The translations under genes were made by a program, and so were the position numbers. Shown here in pieces: positions 23,991 to 37,189 of a DNA stretch of 64,000 bases (its first letter is position 1; each line of letters starts with the position of its first letter). This stretch comes from Pecten maximus (taxonomy: Eukaryota), in NCBI RefSeq assembly GCF_902652985.1, contig NC_047020.1, positions 12,028,001-12,092,000 of the forward strand, in the 5' to 3' direction. A model generated the notes under the pieces. The model saw nothing but the letters and a program-made list of their open reading frames with translations. It did not search any database and had not been told where the DNA came from.

Positions 23991-26763
23991 TTCCTCATTG
24001 ATGTACCTATACAGGACACATTCATGTCCTATACACGGTAATACCAGAGCATTACCCTTTTCCAAAAGTAAATGTCCATTATAACTAATGGTTCGTCCTA
24101 GATATTACCTCGAGTAATGTCCATCTTCGTATGGATAAACCCTAATGAACATGGTTCTAATTACACTTTGCCATAATTAAATTTTCGTATACCAAACTTT
24201 GCTGTCGTTGTGCGAGATGATAGGTCCATCTAAAGCTACCGCCTCCCTGCAAAACAGTTTACCGTTATCACATAGATGTCATCTCTATTGCTGTCGGCAT
24301 TGCTACCGACTAGGCAATGCCATTTAATATGTATGGAAGTAATGAATTATTCCAGACTCATGTTATAACATATTTCTTTTGTTTTTGTTTGTGTTTTTCC
24401 TCATCTGGCCGAACAAAGATAATATTTTTATCTCTATCGATTCAAATCAGCTTGCATCATTTACGACCTAAAAATATCTTAAAATCAGCGAACATAGGAC
24501 ATTGATGTTTTACATGGAAGGTTAAGTCACATTTATATTATCGTGATATGAAATATTGATCACGATCTCAAAACCTATTAACCAAAGGGATAATGCGGTG
24601 GTAAAATACATGTACTGTAAAATAAAGTGATACGTTAAAGTGTCAGAGATAATCTGATTCACGCATAAATTATTATTCAGATACAAAATTAGCTTATGAG
24701 AGTTACTAGCATACTATTTAACTACGCGTTCTGTTAATAACATTCGTAAGGCTGAATTAGTCTTCCCAAAACAGGCAATTGTGTGGACACATTACGTCAT
24801 ATCAATCACTGTTCATATACCATTAGAATTAATATAATAATGTACAAATTGTATACGAATAATACATATGTAACAATAAATATTGGCATAAACGTACAGG
24901 TGTTCAGTACTCGTTTATTGACAGCCAAACAAATATCGCCAGGGGTCATTGTAAGTTGTTTACTTATTCCCTGTGAGCGAATATCAATTTTACTTAGTAC
25001 AAAAACATCACAACTGATTAGAAAAGTTACGATTAATGGTTGTTGTGTGGAGCGCCTTATCCCAGTCAGAATATCGTATTCAGGACAGGCTGATGTACGA
25101 GTTATACATCATCGTTATAACGACACAGATACGCGAATCGCTATGCACTTATTCCCACAAGAACAGAAGTTTGTCTTATCAAAGTTAACTCTTCTTTCGG
25201 CTATTTCATGTAGAACATCTTCAGAGAGTTGGGCCGAAGTGTGTATTAAATAAATAATTACAATTCTCAATATTATATCAGTCGATACACACGTAAGGAA
25301 TATCGCGATATAATGGACATTGCGATAACAAAAAAAGTTAGTGATTAAACGTGCTCAAGAAAGGTCAGCGAGTTCTGTTTTATCGATGATACAGCTATGT
25401 AAATCTAGGTCTTACCAAAGTACAACTTTTCCCTCAAAATGTAAAAACGAAGTCGTCGTGTTCAGTGACGGGTATCGAAGATGCAGATTTTCCATGGCAC
25501 AAAGAAATATTCATTTCCAATGCGGTCACGATGACAAACATACATTTCCTTCATGTCTTAGATATCAATTGGCAGCTCTTTTACTTCGTTGTCTATCACA
25601 GAATTATGATTTTGATATGCCCATGAATATCGTATTACTTGTAATGTGTAAATGCGGTAGATGTTACTAACGAGAAATGGGAAATTATATAGAGATATTA
25701 AAATGATGAAGCTTAACATACAGTTGCTTAGATCTTGTTTAATACAGATTTAGATAAAAAAAATTGTTTACTACGATCTACATGGTCGGAACCTTTCCTG
25801 TTATTTATATACAACAACACAGCACGTTCAATGGCACCGATTAAAAAAGAAAATGATCTAGTTGAAAGAGCGTATTGTTCATTTGAAACCAAGTTGATAT
25901 ATGGATGGAGTGACGGAACTCATGACAATGGCGCACTTACAAACGAAGCCATTATATTAATGTATCGCTGCAATGCGTCTCCTGTTTCTTATTTATAATC
26001 GATGTTTCTATATGGACGAAAATGCATTTTATTTGTACAAATTGTTGTCAGCCGTATTGATAAAGTATTTATTGAAGTCCAACCTGGTTCCTACAAGTGA
26101 AACGTAAATACAGGTTCAGTAAATATGTGTATCCAGTTGCTATAGAAACTACGGTTGGTAAATCAATACTACAAATAAAACAATACTAAAACAATGCTGT
26201 GCAAGGCTTATCATTCAAACTGCCATTATAAGCTACAATTTAGTCAAATAGTCAGACAAGAGGAAACGGAAACATCGCCTGAATACGTTATGTATTGTAT
26301 TTATTATGATGAGGATGAAGTGGCAGTTCGGAACATATGACTGGTCATTTGTAAATCAATTGTGATGATACTAAAAAATTGCAAATAAAGCAAAAATCAA
26401 ATGATAAATATTGTTTTAAATGGTAAACGCAGTTCATACAGGGCTCCGTAGATTTGTATTAGATAACCGCTTATTTCACAGTCCCTGCTCAGTCGAAACC
26501 GGATAGTTCCTTCGGACAATGAATACAAGTGTTTACATAACCTACTAAAAGCTTTACAAAGTTGTTACATATCGTTCTGCATACTGCTGTTTTGTCCCCT
26601 CTGTCCAATATGAATGTGACCGTGTGTCTTGCCATTGATGCCATACAGTATGCTTCCGATAAATCTACTAATATGGACTCTTTATTCACATGTTCTATAT
26701 CTAAGTGTCTAGACCCTTATCTCCACCCTGTCCTAGCATGACAGTCTGATATATGTCCATCGT

Positions 26764-27006
26764 CAGAAAACGACACAATCAGTTAGAGTCTCGTGGTAAA
26801 CGACACCAGTAGTTAGAGCCTCGTGGAAAACGTCACCAGTAGTTAGAGCCTCGTGGTAAACGTCACCAGTAGTTAGAGCCTCGTAGAAAACGTCACCAGT
26901 AGTTAGAGTCTCGTAGAAAACGTCACCAGCAGTTAGAGTCTCGTGGAAAACGTCACCAGTAGTTAGAGTCTCGTGGAAAACGTCACCAGTAGTTAGAGTC
27001 TCGTGG
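26764..27006 (+). repeat. 30-bp minisatellite, ~8 copies
   Basis: AGTTAGAGTCTCGTGGAAAACGTCACCAGT. Confidence 0.92.
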
Positions 27007-27320
27007 GCGTCTGTCGACTGACGGCGCAAGATACATGTGACTGCTCTTGTCCCTGTCTTCCACATTCAAAATATATTGTAGGATCGATCTATTTGAAACC
27101 CTTAAGTCGAATCACTTACTTTATTGTATTCAGAATGATTAATTTTTGTATGGATTATTTCAATTTGAACACATACCCTTCATCAACTGACCAGCTGAGG
27201 ACACAAGAGAAATCTGGTTGTCATGGTATTGTTTAGCAACAGTTATATATTATGTCTGTTATCAGTTATATATATATACGGTTATATTGAATTAGACCGA
27301 GTAAATACGTAGGTATGTTG

Positions 27321-27547
27321 TATGGAACGTCCAATTAACATAATATTATATTCAATTAAATAATTGAAGATAGGTCCAATTCAATTAGCGATAGGTTTAA
27401 TTCAATTAGAGATATGTTCAATTCTATATAGGCTTAAATAAGACTTATTGAACCTATCTTCAATTGATTTGAACCTATCTTCAATTAATTAAGCCTATCC
27501 TCAAATAATTTCATTTAATTGAATATATGTTAATTTGGCGTTTCATA
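27321..27547. mobile_element. 227-bp MITE with 6-bp TSD ATGTTG
   Basis: TIRs TATGGAACGTCCAATTAACATA / TATGTTAATTTGGCGTTTCATA; ATGTTG on both sides; mirrored internal repeats. Confidence 0.8.
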
Positions 27548-29393
27548 ATGTTGTAAATCGGTCAAACAATTGATAAAGCCATCCTGTCTATGTGTCCTAA
27601 TCAGTCATGTCTTTTGATATCTCTTAAGTTATAGCGTTCTCTTCATTAAAACAATGTCAAACTGATGCAATACGTTAACGTTTGGGATGACCTTCACCGA
27701 ACTGACCGTCAATGAACCTCTATTGTTGTGGTCTACAATAGTTTAGACCAGAGTATTATCATCTTTGTCAAAAGTCGCTAATGGGTCTTGGGAATACTAA
27801 TTCATTTTCACAATACCATTGTCCGTTAACAACTGCTTCCATCTACAGGATAAACACTAGTACACAGTATCATTAGATTTAGAATAGCAGCCGTGTCGGA
27901 AAATACAGTTTCTCAATGGAACTTAATATATACCTATATTGTATCACTAGCGATATTGTTTCATAGGTCGACACATGTTGTCATTAATGGCGGGTGTGTG
28001 GAATCGATGTCCTACTAATGAAAATTGATATATATTTAAAGTCGATACAAATACATGACAGTATTTTCTGTACAACGGGCAATTAATTCGGAGTTTAAGA
28101 GTGTAGCTCAATAAATAGTATTAACCATGTAGATAAGAAAGAGATAACAGTAAAGATCGACATAATCTCTACATGTTGAGCGGATCCACTAATGGCTTTA
28201 AGTTGAGATTAAGGAATTGACCATACTCTACTGATCCTTTGAAGTATAACGAAGTGGGGACGTTGAAACCCACACGTTAGAAGTGGAAAAATTCCACTCA
28301 TGAAGGACGGCCGAAATTAACTTTGAACTATTATTTCCACAATTGGTTTTTCGTATCTAATATACCTATGATAACCAATCTTTTCTTCGTGTTTTTGATT
28401 GTATGTCAGATGGTGTAAAGGACGATGATGAAATCGGTTGTACAATCACCTGAAACCTGGTTCAAGTTTAAACTATTACCTTGAGCCTTATGTCTAATCA
28501 GTTCAAAGTACAGATTTATACAAGCAGAACACAATACCATTATACTAATGACATTCACACCACACCGACTATCTCTTTGTCCATCAACAGATGTTTTAAC
28601 ACTGGTGTGTGATGAGCAAGAGGGTCAGTGAAAAGGTTAAAAGGGTGATAACTCTAACTGGACCGGAGACTTAGCATTTATTCATGTAGGCCTAACAAAA
28701 AATCAATATATATATAGGACTCTTCAGTGATATCAATTTATCTAGGACTCGTCAGTGATGCTATCTATATATCTAGGACTCGTTAGTGATGTTAACAATA
28801 TATCTAAGACTCGTCACAGATGTTATCAATAATTGGCTGAAGTGATGAGAGAAGGCGACCAAAAATTAGAAATAGATCAAAAGAAATGTCATAATGGGAA
28901 TAGGGATGAGTCCCATGACTTAAAGAATTCTGTAATTTACGATAAAATTCATGATAGCTGTCTCGCTATTTGAATGAATTTAACTGTGACATTCAGGTTA
29001 CACATTTCATAATATCTCATGTTTTAGCGGTCAATAACCACACAGTCCTAACATGAATACAAATTATTACTGATTTTAATTTTATTGAATAAAAACAAAT
29101 TAAATATTCGAAAGATAGTAATTGGTATTATTTTAAAACATGTTGTCTGATTATTGTTTAGTGTTGTTAGCTTAGAATTATCATTATGACAGCCTGGTGT
29201 TTGACAGCCTGATGTTTACACCTGTCGGAGACATAATTAGTTATTTCATTATTATATATATGCTAAATATACATTTGCATGTATTAGTGTATTAACAACG
29301 TTAGGGTCCTAATCAACTTAGTAGAGTAAGGGTGTCCCTTAGTAGTTGTTATCTATAGAAGACATTTAGGAACCGAAGCCTCCTCGGGTTGAG

Positions 29394-29873
29394 GTTTGGT
29401 TTGGTTTGGTTTATTTTGTTTAACGTCCTATGAACAGCTAAGGTCATTTAAGGACGGCCTCCCGTGCGTGCGACATGTATGCGTGTGGTGAGTGCGTATG
29501 TGTGTTTTGGGAGGCTGCGGTAAGGCCGGACTTTTGCCGATTTAAAGTGCTACCTCACTGAAGCATACTGCCGAAGACACCCAGCAGCACACCACACCAG
29601 GTCACATTATACTGACAACGGGCGAACCAGTCGTCCCACTCCAAATATGCTGAGCGTTAAGCAGGAGTAGCAACTACCATTTTTAAAGACTCTGGTATGT
29701 CTCGGCTAGGAGACAGAACCCAAAACCTTCCTCACAGCGGCGAACGCTCAACTAAAGGCCAAAAGTGAGGCATTGTCAATGGAGACATTAGGAAGAAGAA
29801 AGAATAGAAAAGATAAGATCCCAAACTTAGTCGCCTCTTACGATCATGCAATGGGGGCAGCAGGTACAATTCT
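29394..29873 (-). mobile_element. SINE (Meta-domain-like) with (AAACC)n tail
   Basis: GGTCACATTATACTGACAACGGGCGAACCAGTC core; tail nearly identical to that of the SINE at 20336. Confidence 0.7.
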
Positions 29874-29914
29874 TAGAGATAGGTTACTAACGCGTTAGGA
29901 TAACGATTGAGGTA

Positions 29915-30480
29915 ATTGCCAATCTAAAATTACATTAAAAACTGATGATAACTGCCAATCTAAAAAAAAACCACAATAGTGATAATTATTTAACCACATT
30001 CTAAACAAATCAGACAAGTAATAATCTAAAAAAGCATAATAGTGATGATTATTAAATTACAAGCTGAAAAATCCTAGCAATGATTATAATTAAATTATAT
30101 TCCAAAAAATAATAATAGTGATAATGATTAAATTACAATATAAAAAGTCATGATAGTGATAATCATTATATCACATTCTATAAATCATAATATCGATAAT
30201 TATTAAATTACAATATAAAAACATCATAATAGTGATAATCTAAAAAATCATGATAGTGATGATTATTAAATCACCATCTAAAAAAACTCATAATAGTGAT
30301 AATAATTAAATTACAATCTTAAAAATCATAATAGTGATAATGATGATTGATAAATCACAATCTAAAAAAACTCATAACAATGATGATTATTAATAATCAC
30401 AATCTAAAAAAATCATAATAGTGATGATTATTAATTACAATCTAAAAACATAATAGTGATAATTATTATATCACAGTCTA
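29915..30480 (+). repeat. Degenerate AT-rich ~38-bp tandem repeat
   Basis: Recurrent AATCATAATAGTGATAATTATTAAATTACAATCTAAAA. Confidence 0.8.
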
Positions 30481-31006
30481 AATTGTTCAATGCAATGGTA
30501 GGAAGTCAGCTGTTCCCTTTGTTGTTTCTAATGTGAGTGGTATTGTTGGTATAGAAACTTTGTATGTGAATCTTTTTATCAATAACGCTATATACCTGTG
30601 ATCAATGAATTGTGCATTGTGGGTTTTCTGACAAAGGACGGCATTAAGTATCGCTTCTAGTATGCGTCAGTAAATTCTTCTTAAAGTCACGGTTATAAAT
30701 TATTATTTTAAAACACATCATAAAGCTGACAAGGCTTGTGACAAAGGTGCAAATATATACACACTAACACAACTATGTGATTATGTCATACAAATCATAT
30801 TGGTCGAATGAAGAATATTGGCCTCGCCATAAACGTTTTACTGAGTTTGTTAGTTGTAGGGAGTATATGGCTTTTTATGTTTTAAATCAACATACCACAA
30901 ACTCCAAGTCTATATATATACTAGAGATATCGCAAACAAAATCAGGCCAATGATCACAGTGTATGCGGTTGTGGGTATATAACCTTGAGAATTAGTCCGG
31001 TAGGCC

Positions 31007-31009
<3 letters not shown>

Positions 31010-31039
<30 letters not shown>
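31010..31039 (+). repeat. (AC)15 microsatellite between the TATA-like box and the ATG of P450 A
   Basis: Read directly; TATATAA at ~30976-30982. Confidence 0.9.
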
Positions 31040-31041
<2 letters not shown>

Positions 31042-31069
31042 GGCAGCAGTTCATTCGCATGGAGAAGCA

Positions 31070-31427
31070 ATGTTTGAGTTTATAATTGAACCTTTAACTG
31101 GCTCTAGTGGTCTGGTATGGACACTTCTGGTTCTTGTTGTGGTATATTATCTGTGGGACAGGCACCAGAGACTGAAATCCCTACCCCCGGGGCCGACACC
31201 TCTCCCACTTTTGGGGAACCTACTCGACCTAGCATCCAATGACCAGCTAGAAACATTTCGTAAACTGCGTGGGAAGTATGGAGACCTGGTCACTCTCCAC
31301 GTGGGGTCCTTCACAATGGTGGTGGTCAGTGGTTACGACACACTCCGGGAACTCTTCGTCAAGCGTGGTGACGTCACGTCCGACCGGCCAGACATATATA
31401 CATTCAAGGAAATAACACGTCGTCATG
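31070..31427 (+). CDS. P450 A exon 1
   Basis: Membrane anchor and PPGP hinge; donor at 31428. Confidence 0.95.
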
Positions 31428-34400
31428 GTAATTTTTTTTTAGCTCACACAGACTCAGACGAGCTATTGCACTATGGGGTAAAATATGTCGTCTGTCATGT
31501 CTCTACGACTTATATATTGACCTTAGTCATAACTTTCGATTCGAGTAGATAAAAATTTCGATTTGGCGGGAAATGTTGTCATCTACAAATAAACAAAATA
31601 TAGTTTCACAATGAAATCGTTTTAATGCGATTCCTGAAAGATATCTTGAATATTTAATGTTTTTATCGTTATATTTAAGTTGAATATTCCATTCATATTT
31701 TATTGGAAAAATTCAAAACAGAAACGAAAATATTCATTGCGCATTCACACTAATTCCGGATGTGTGCACAGGTCCGGCCTAGCGTTATATGTATTCCTAC
31801 GCGTTAAATTTAATGTTTTCGTTAGTAATGTTATATCACAAACACACAACGGAAATGTAAATATTGTGTAATATCGGTATCATGTACAAATGGAAATAGT
31901 TTTATCACGTAGGTAAGCATTCATCATCAATTTGACACTCCACCTTGTTACCAATTTATTGATGTTTGGCATAAATTTATATTGTTGAAAGATGTAAACA
32001 CCATAAGTTTGTCGATTTAATTTATGGATGATTAGACCCATGACCTTTGGTGACCTATATCGACCTTTGTCAAAACATGGTTTTGAGTACAATTAAACAG
32101 TATACGACAATCGGCATGGAACAGCATTGGTGTACAAGTTGACATGCGACTTATGAACGTCAGGTCTGTTGAGAGCTTTTACCGGTGGGTATGAAGTTCT
32201 ATACAAATATCATTTCAATTATATCCACTCCCTTCCATTTATTGGACGACCTCTTATTATTGATAATCTGTCAGATGAGCGTTTAGGCCACACCTGCTGA
32301 TGTGTGCATATATGATAACAACTGTAATGTTATGGCTAAACAAGAACAACATAGAAATAACAAGATAATATATGCAAAATAACAAACTGAATACATGCAT
32401 GCCTTCCTCAATTCCAATGGCTGTTTAATAATCATTAAAGCAGTAATAGTATATCAACTTTACCTCAGTGGACACCGGCTACAAGTTACCTCACTGTTAC
32501 CTGTGCAATCTTGGTTTGTTAAATACGGTATCAGTAAGTCACGAATTTGAAATTCATTAGAATCTAGTTAACTTAATCGCATCCGGGAATTGTTTTGCTA
32601 ATCGGACATTTATCTGGCACATATAACAGTTACGTATATCAGGAGGCCATCTTGCATATCTACGACGACTGTTGTTTTAAAAACTTACTAACTGAAAAAG
32701 AGTCATGCTGATTTACACGACACGGTTATGTATTCCGTAGTATTTAATCAATTGACTGATTTGTATTGTAGTTTATCTCAAAAAGCCCATTAACATTTAA
32801 GATTATTGCGAGATTATTTTTGTATATCAATAGGAATAACCAGCAGATCAGGGCCAGAATGGAAGATACACAGAACGTTTGCTATGGGAGGACTGAGGGA
32901 TTTTGGCTTCGGAAAGAAAAGCTTAGAAGGAAAAATAATGGAAGAAGTGGAAGTGTTTCTGAATGTTCTTGACGAGAAGCAAGGGCAAGCCTTCAATCCC
33001 GATTATTGTATCCAGACCAGTGTTGCCAACGTTATATGTGCCATTGTATTCGGCAAGAGGTTCGAGCATGGCGATCCCAGATTTATACAGTTGATATCTA
33101 TAATAAACGAGAATTTGGCTCTTTCTGGTATTGCCGGACTTCTCAACCTTATCCCTAGTGTTCGGCATATACCAGGGGACCCGTTTCAGTGTGGCAAAGT
33201 ACTTTCTAATGCAGCAAAGATCTATGGATATTTTGGTAGGCTCATTGACATTCATCGCGTGGATTACCGCGAGGACGACATTAGTGATTTGGTCCACGTT
33301 TATCTCAAAGAAATGAAGAAAAGAGAAGGACAAGACACTTCATTCACAGGTACTAAACACCAAACCAAAGTTTCCTCAATATTCATTAATTTAAGGATAT
33401 TCCTTTTGAGGTGATGTCCTCAACGTTGATGAAACTAGAGGATGTAGATATATAGTCCAGTCAATTTACTCCAAATATAGCCCAAAAGCGGGGCTTAATT
33501 GCAACGTAACCTTTTTCTTGGTTTTTGTAATGGTGCATTATAACAGGATAAAAAGTCTACTAAAATCGACCTTTGGGAAATATTTTTAGACCTTCTAGGA
33601 AATCAAGGAAAAAAGAGAACCTTTTGTGTAACGATGGATAAGAAACATTAACATAATAGTGAGTCCAGCTAAAATTCAGCACAGATTTGTCTTTTTGTTA
33701 GCTGGGTTGTTGGATTGACAAATTATTTAACTATCAATATGGTTTAAAATAATTTTTAACTTTATGATAATGGCTTTTTGGTCTCTCTAAATGTAGAAAA
33801 TAGCATTAATTAATCTCATAAGCAGAACGGCTTTATATTTTGATCTTAACAAATATGGCATTTATTGAATGTTTATGCATTACCAATGAAACATGCGCAT
33901 ACAAAATAATATTGATCACTAAATTGGACCACGTCTGCGAAGTTGGTGTTATTTTGAATTTGATATTTGGCTCTAACGGAACACCATACCTTTAAGCTTC
34001 GTTAATATTAGACACATATTTCTAGATTTACAGTTAGTCAACACTGTAGCCGATGTATTCGTTGCTGGAATGGAGACCACAGGCACCACCCTTCTGTGGG
34101 CGATATTGTTCTTCATCAACAACCCGGATGTACAGGAACGTTGTCACGAGGAGGTTACGAGGGTGGTAGGAGAGGGTCGCTTCCCCTCCCTGTCAGACCG
34201 ACCACAAATGCCATACATCGAGGCCACCATAACAGAGATCCTCAGACGCGGGGATATAGCTCCACTCGGAATGCCTCATGCTACAAGTAAGGATGTAGAG
34301 TACAATGGATACATCCTCCCGAAAGGAACAATGTTAGTTACAAACATCAACTCTGTCCACACCGATCCTGCAACATTTCAAGAGCCAAGTAAATTTGACC

Positions 34401-35765
34401 CAACAAGATTTCTCGACAAGGATGGCAAAGTCTACGGAACGGATCGTGTGATATCTTTCTTCTTCGGTAAGTATGCAAAATAAAAACCCTTTTTTACAAT
34501 AGTTACGAAAAAGGTTAAATCAACTTATATTAATCATACATGTTGGCCCGGATGGAAGTGCGTGAGGGGTCTTACTATAGGGGGAAATCGGAGTAATCAT
34601 AGAAAACCCACATGGTCGAACAGGTGACCCTACATCCTCGATACTCCAGGGGGCTACGTTCACTTTCACTCTCACCACCCCAGAACATGATCAGTTTTTT
34701 TAGCAGTGTCGGGGGAAAACTTTATCAATCGCATATTGGACGCATTTCTTTTGCAGATTACAAATGCGCAACAACAAAGTTCAAATGGCAATAAATTTTC
34801 ATATTTTTTTTTCGGTAGGGCGACCTCGAAATTCGTTTATTGTACATTAAAGGACTGAAATATTATTTTTGTTTTGTCCTCAAGATGGCGATGACCGAAA
34901 GGTCAGGTGGTCTTGTGGTACAATGCTAATACAATTGTCCTTTACCTAGGTGTGTGAAGGTATTAAGGTTACCTGCTCGATCATGTGGGTTTTCCTAGGG
35001 TACTCTGGTTTCCTCCAACAGTTAGACCCCTCATACGCTTTCATCTGGGCCAACAAGCGTGATCAGTATAATCTGATATAACTTGTTTCGCAATGGTTGT
35101 AAAACAAATTAAATTTAAACGAATGAATAAATGTTCGATATTGACATAGCCTATTCCATCGGTGCAAAGAGAAAAACTGAAACGTAACTACTAGAGTATC
35201 GAGGAAAGTGATGAACCTATACATTTTCACGTCCGATCGGAATCGAACCTCGTTGAAAAGCAAGTGTGTTATTACTTTGCCATCACTAAGTAGTACTAAA
35301 TCATTGATATTTGACCATTCTGTCCATTTAGCGTATTACCAATGACCATTTTGGGTGGGCAAAATGGACAGGTGATATTTTGGTTATTTTAGCAGTTCTA
35401 CCAGTCGTTGTCGTTTGAAGATAATCGCATATATAGCGTTAAGTTTTGTTTTATTTTTATAGATTTTTCAATTAAATTCGTAAATATGCATTATTATTCA
35501 CTGATAAGGTAGGGTCGTTTTCACCCGCTGCTGTTCTGTTTAGTTTGTACAGATGTCACTGTTATTTTCATGTGTTTTCGCAGGTCGCCGTGTGTGTATG
35601 GGTGAAGCCCTCGCCAGGTCAGAACTGTTTCTCTTCCTCACCTCCATGGTTCAACGAGTCCGGTTTAAACCGGCGGATGCAGAAAATATGCCACCTATAA
35701 AAGGCACTGTAGGGATAACATTCAAGCCGTGTACCTTTGACTGTGTTGTAGAGAAGAGACTTTAG
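31070..35765 (+). CDS. Cytochrome P450, CYP2 clan, copy A (intact, 498 aa, 4 exons)
   Basis: Exons 31070-31427, 32834-33349, 34026-34466 and 35584-35765, all phase-1 GT-AG. N-terminal anchor, PPGPTPLP, WxxxR (WKIHR), I-helix AGMETT, K-helix EILR, PTRF, heme motif FFFGRRVCMG. Confidence 0.96.
32834..33349 (+). CDS. P450 A exon 2
   Basis: WKIHRTFAMGGLRDFGFGKK...; 516 nt. Confidence 0.95.
34026..34466 (+). CDS. P450 A exon 3
   Basis: AGMETT, ExxR and PxRF motifs; 441 nt. Confidence 0.95.
34510..35070. mobile_element. Inverted pair of V-domain-like SINE fragments in P450 A intron 3
   Basis: 34510-34632 on the minus strand and ~34950-35070 on the plus strand; plus copy reads GTGGGTTTTCCTAGGGTACTCTGGTTTCCTCC...GACCCCTCA...GGGCCAACA. 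Confidence 0.7.
35584..35765 (+). CDS. P450 A exon 4
   Basis: GRRVCMG heme-ligand region through to the TAG stop. Confidence 0.95.
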
Positions 35766-35894
35766 AAAAGATAAATATAACGCCAATTAATGTTTATTTA
35801 ATAATGACTCGCTAGTTTACGCACCAGAAAAATAGAAACGGGTACCTATCACGCCAGCTTATCAACAGTATATAACTTTGTCACGACACTCATA

Positions 35895-36385
35895 CCACGA
35901 TACTATAGTGTGGACGTCAGTTTCACTACTATACTATATGGTGTGGGCGTCTGTTTCATCACGATACTATATGGTGTGGACGTCAATTCCATCACGATAC
36001 TATATGGTGTGGACGTCAGTTTCACCACGATACTATATGGTGTGGACGTCAGTTTCACCACGACACTATATGGTGTGGGCGTCTGTTTCACTACTATACT
36101 ATATGGTGTGGGCGTCTGTTCTATCAAGATACTATATGGTGTGGGCGTCAGTTCCACCACGATACTATATGGTGTGGGCGTCAGTTCCACCACGATACTA
36201 TATGGTGTGGGCGTCAGTTCCACCACGATACTATATGGTGTGGGCGTCAGTTCCACCACGATACTATATGGTGTGGGCGTCTGTTCCATCACGATATTAT
36301 ATGGTGTGGGCGTCAGTTCCACCGCAATACTAACTGGTGTGGACGTAAGTTTACCACGAAACTATATGATATGGACGTAAGTTTA
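35895..36385 (+). repeat. 33-bp minisatellite downstream of the P450 A stop
   Basis: CACGATACTATATGGTGTGGGCGTCAGTTCCAC, ~14 copies. Confidence 0.95.
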
Positions 36386-37189
36386 TCATGTGTGCACGTC
36401 ATGGAGTTATGGTTCCTGTGTTTGACTTCCGTCAGGCTTTCCGGATGTAAATATGATTGTATAACTCGAATATTTGTCAATAAATGTTATGAAGTATCTT
36501 CGTAATACGATACTTTTGTTTTCGTTACATTTATTCGTTTAACATGAGGCATATTGTTCTGATAGACCCCTTTAGCTCTCATTTATAATTAACACCGATA
36601 TTTATCTTTACCTGCCACTTTGTATTTTGTGTTTGGCTCAGATCAACAATATAAGAAAACCACAATGTTACCACAGCAAAAGAGGGCTTTACAATAGCAA
36701 TGTGAATTAGCTTTTGTTTAAACTGATATCTTCTCATAACATATCTTGCCCGGTAAACGATTTTGGTGGACATCGCTCATGGGGAGATCAACATAGATGA
36801 CTTTCCTGTAGTCCACTTCGTTATACACTGGTGACAAAAGGTAACTTCGCAATACCGCTGATATTTTCTCATCCCCAAAGCTTATGAAAAATGGTAATTG
36901 ACAAAGGCAAATTAACACTAAAGAAAAGTGAACGTATAATACCGTATACTAATATATATGTTCATAAGCTAATAAGTATCACAACGTGAGCAGGACAGCC
37001 TTTTATTTTAGATCCAGTGACATATTGTTTTGTTTGTTTCTAGACTGTACCGGTGCTCAGCTATGTTCTCTTCCTGTAGTGTAATGTAATAATAAGAGAT
37101 AATGTCCTCAGATATAGACAGCAACAGACACCATCCCACGACATTTTGTAAATGACATAATGTTTTATAGGTTTCCTTTTTCAGAATTA

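Noticed and set aside
24783-25998. ORFs of 156, 109 and 87 aa
   Set aside because: No recognisable motifs, two have non-ATG starts, and the composition looks intergenic.
32814-33333. Antisense ORFs over P450 exons (also 44158-44421, 45266-45712, 60992-61457)
   Set aside because: Shadows of the real coding exons.
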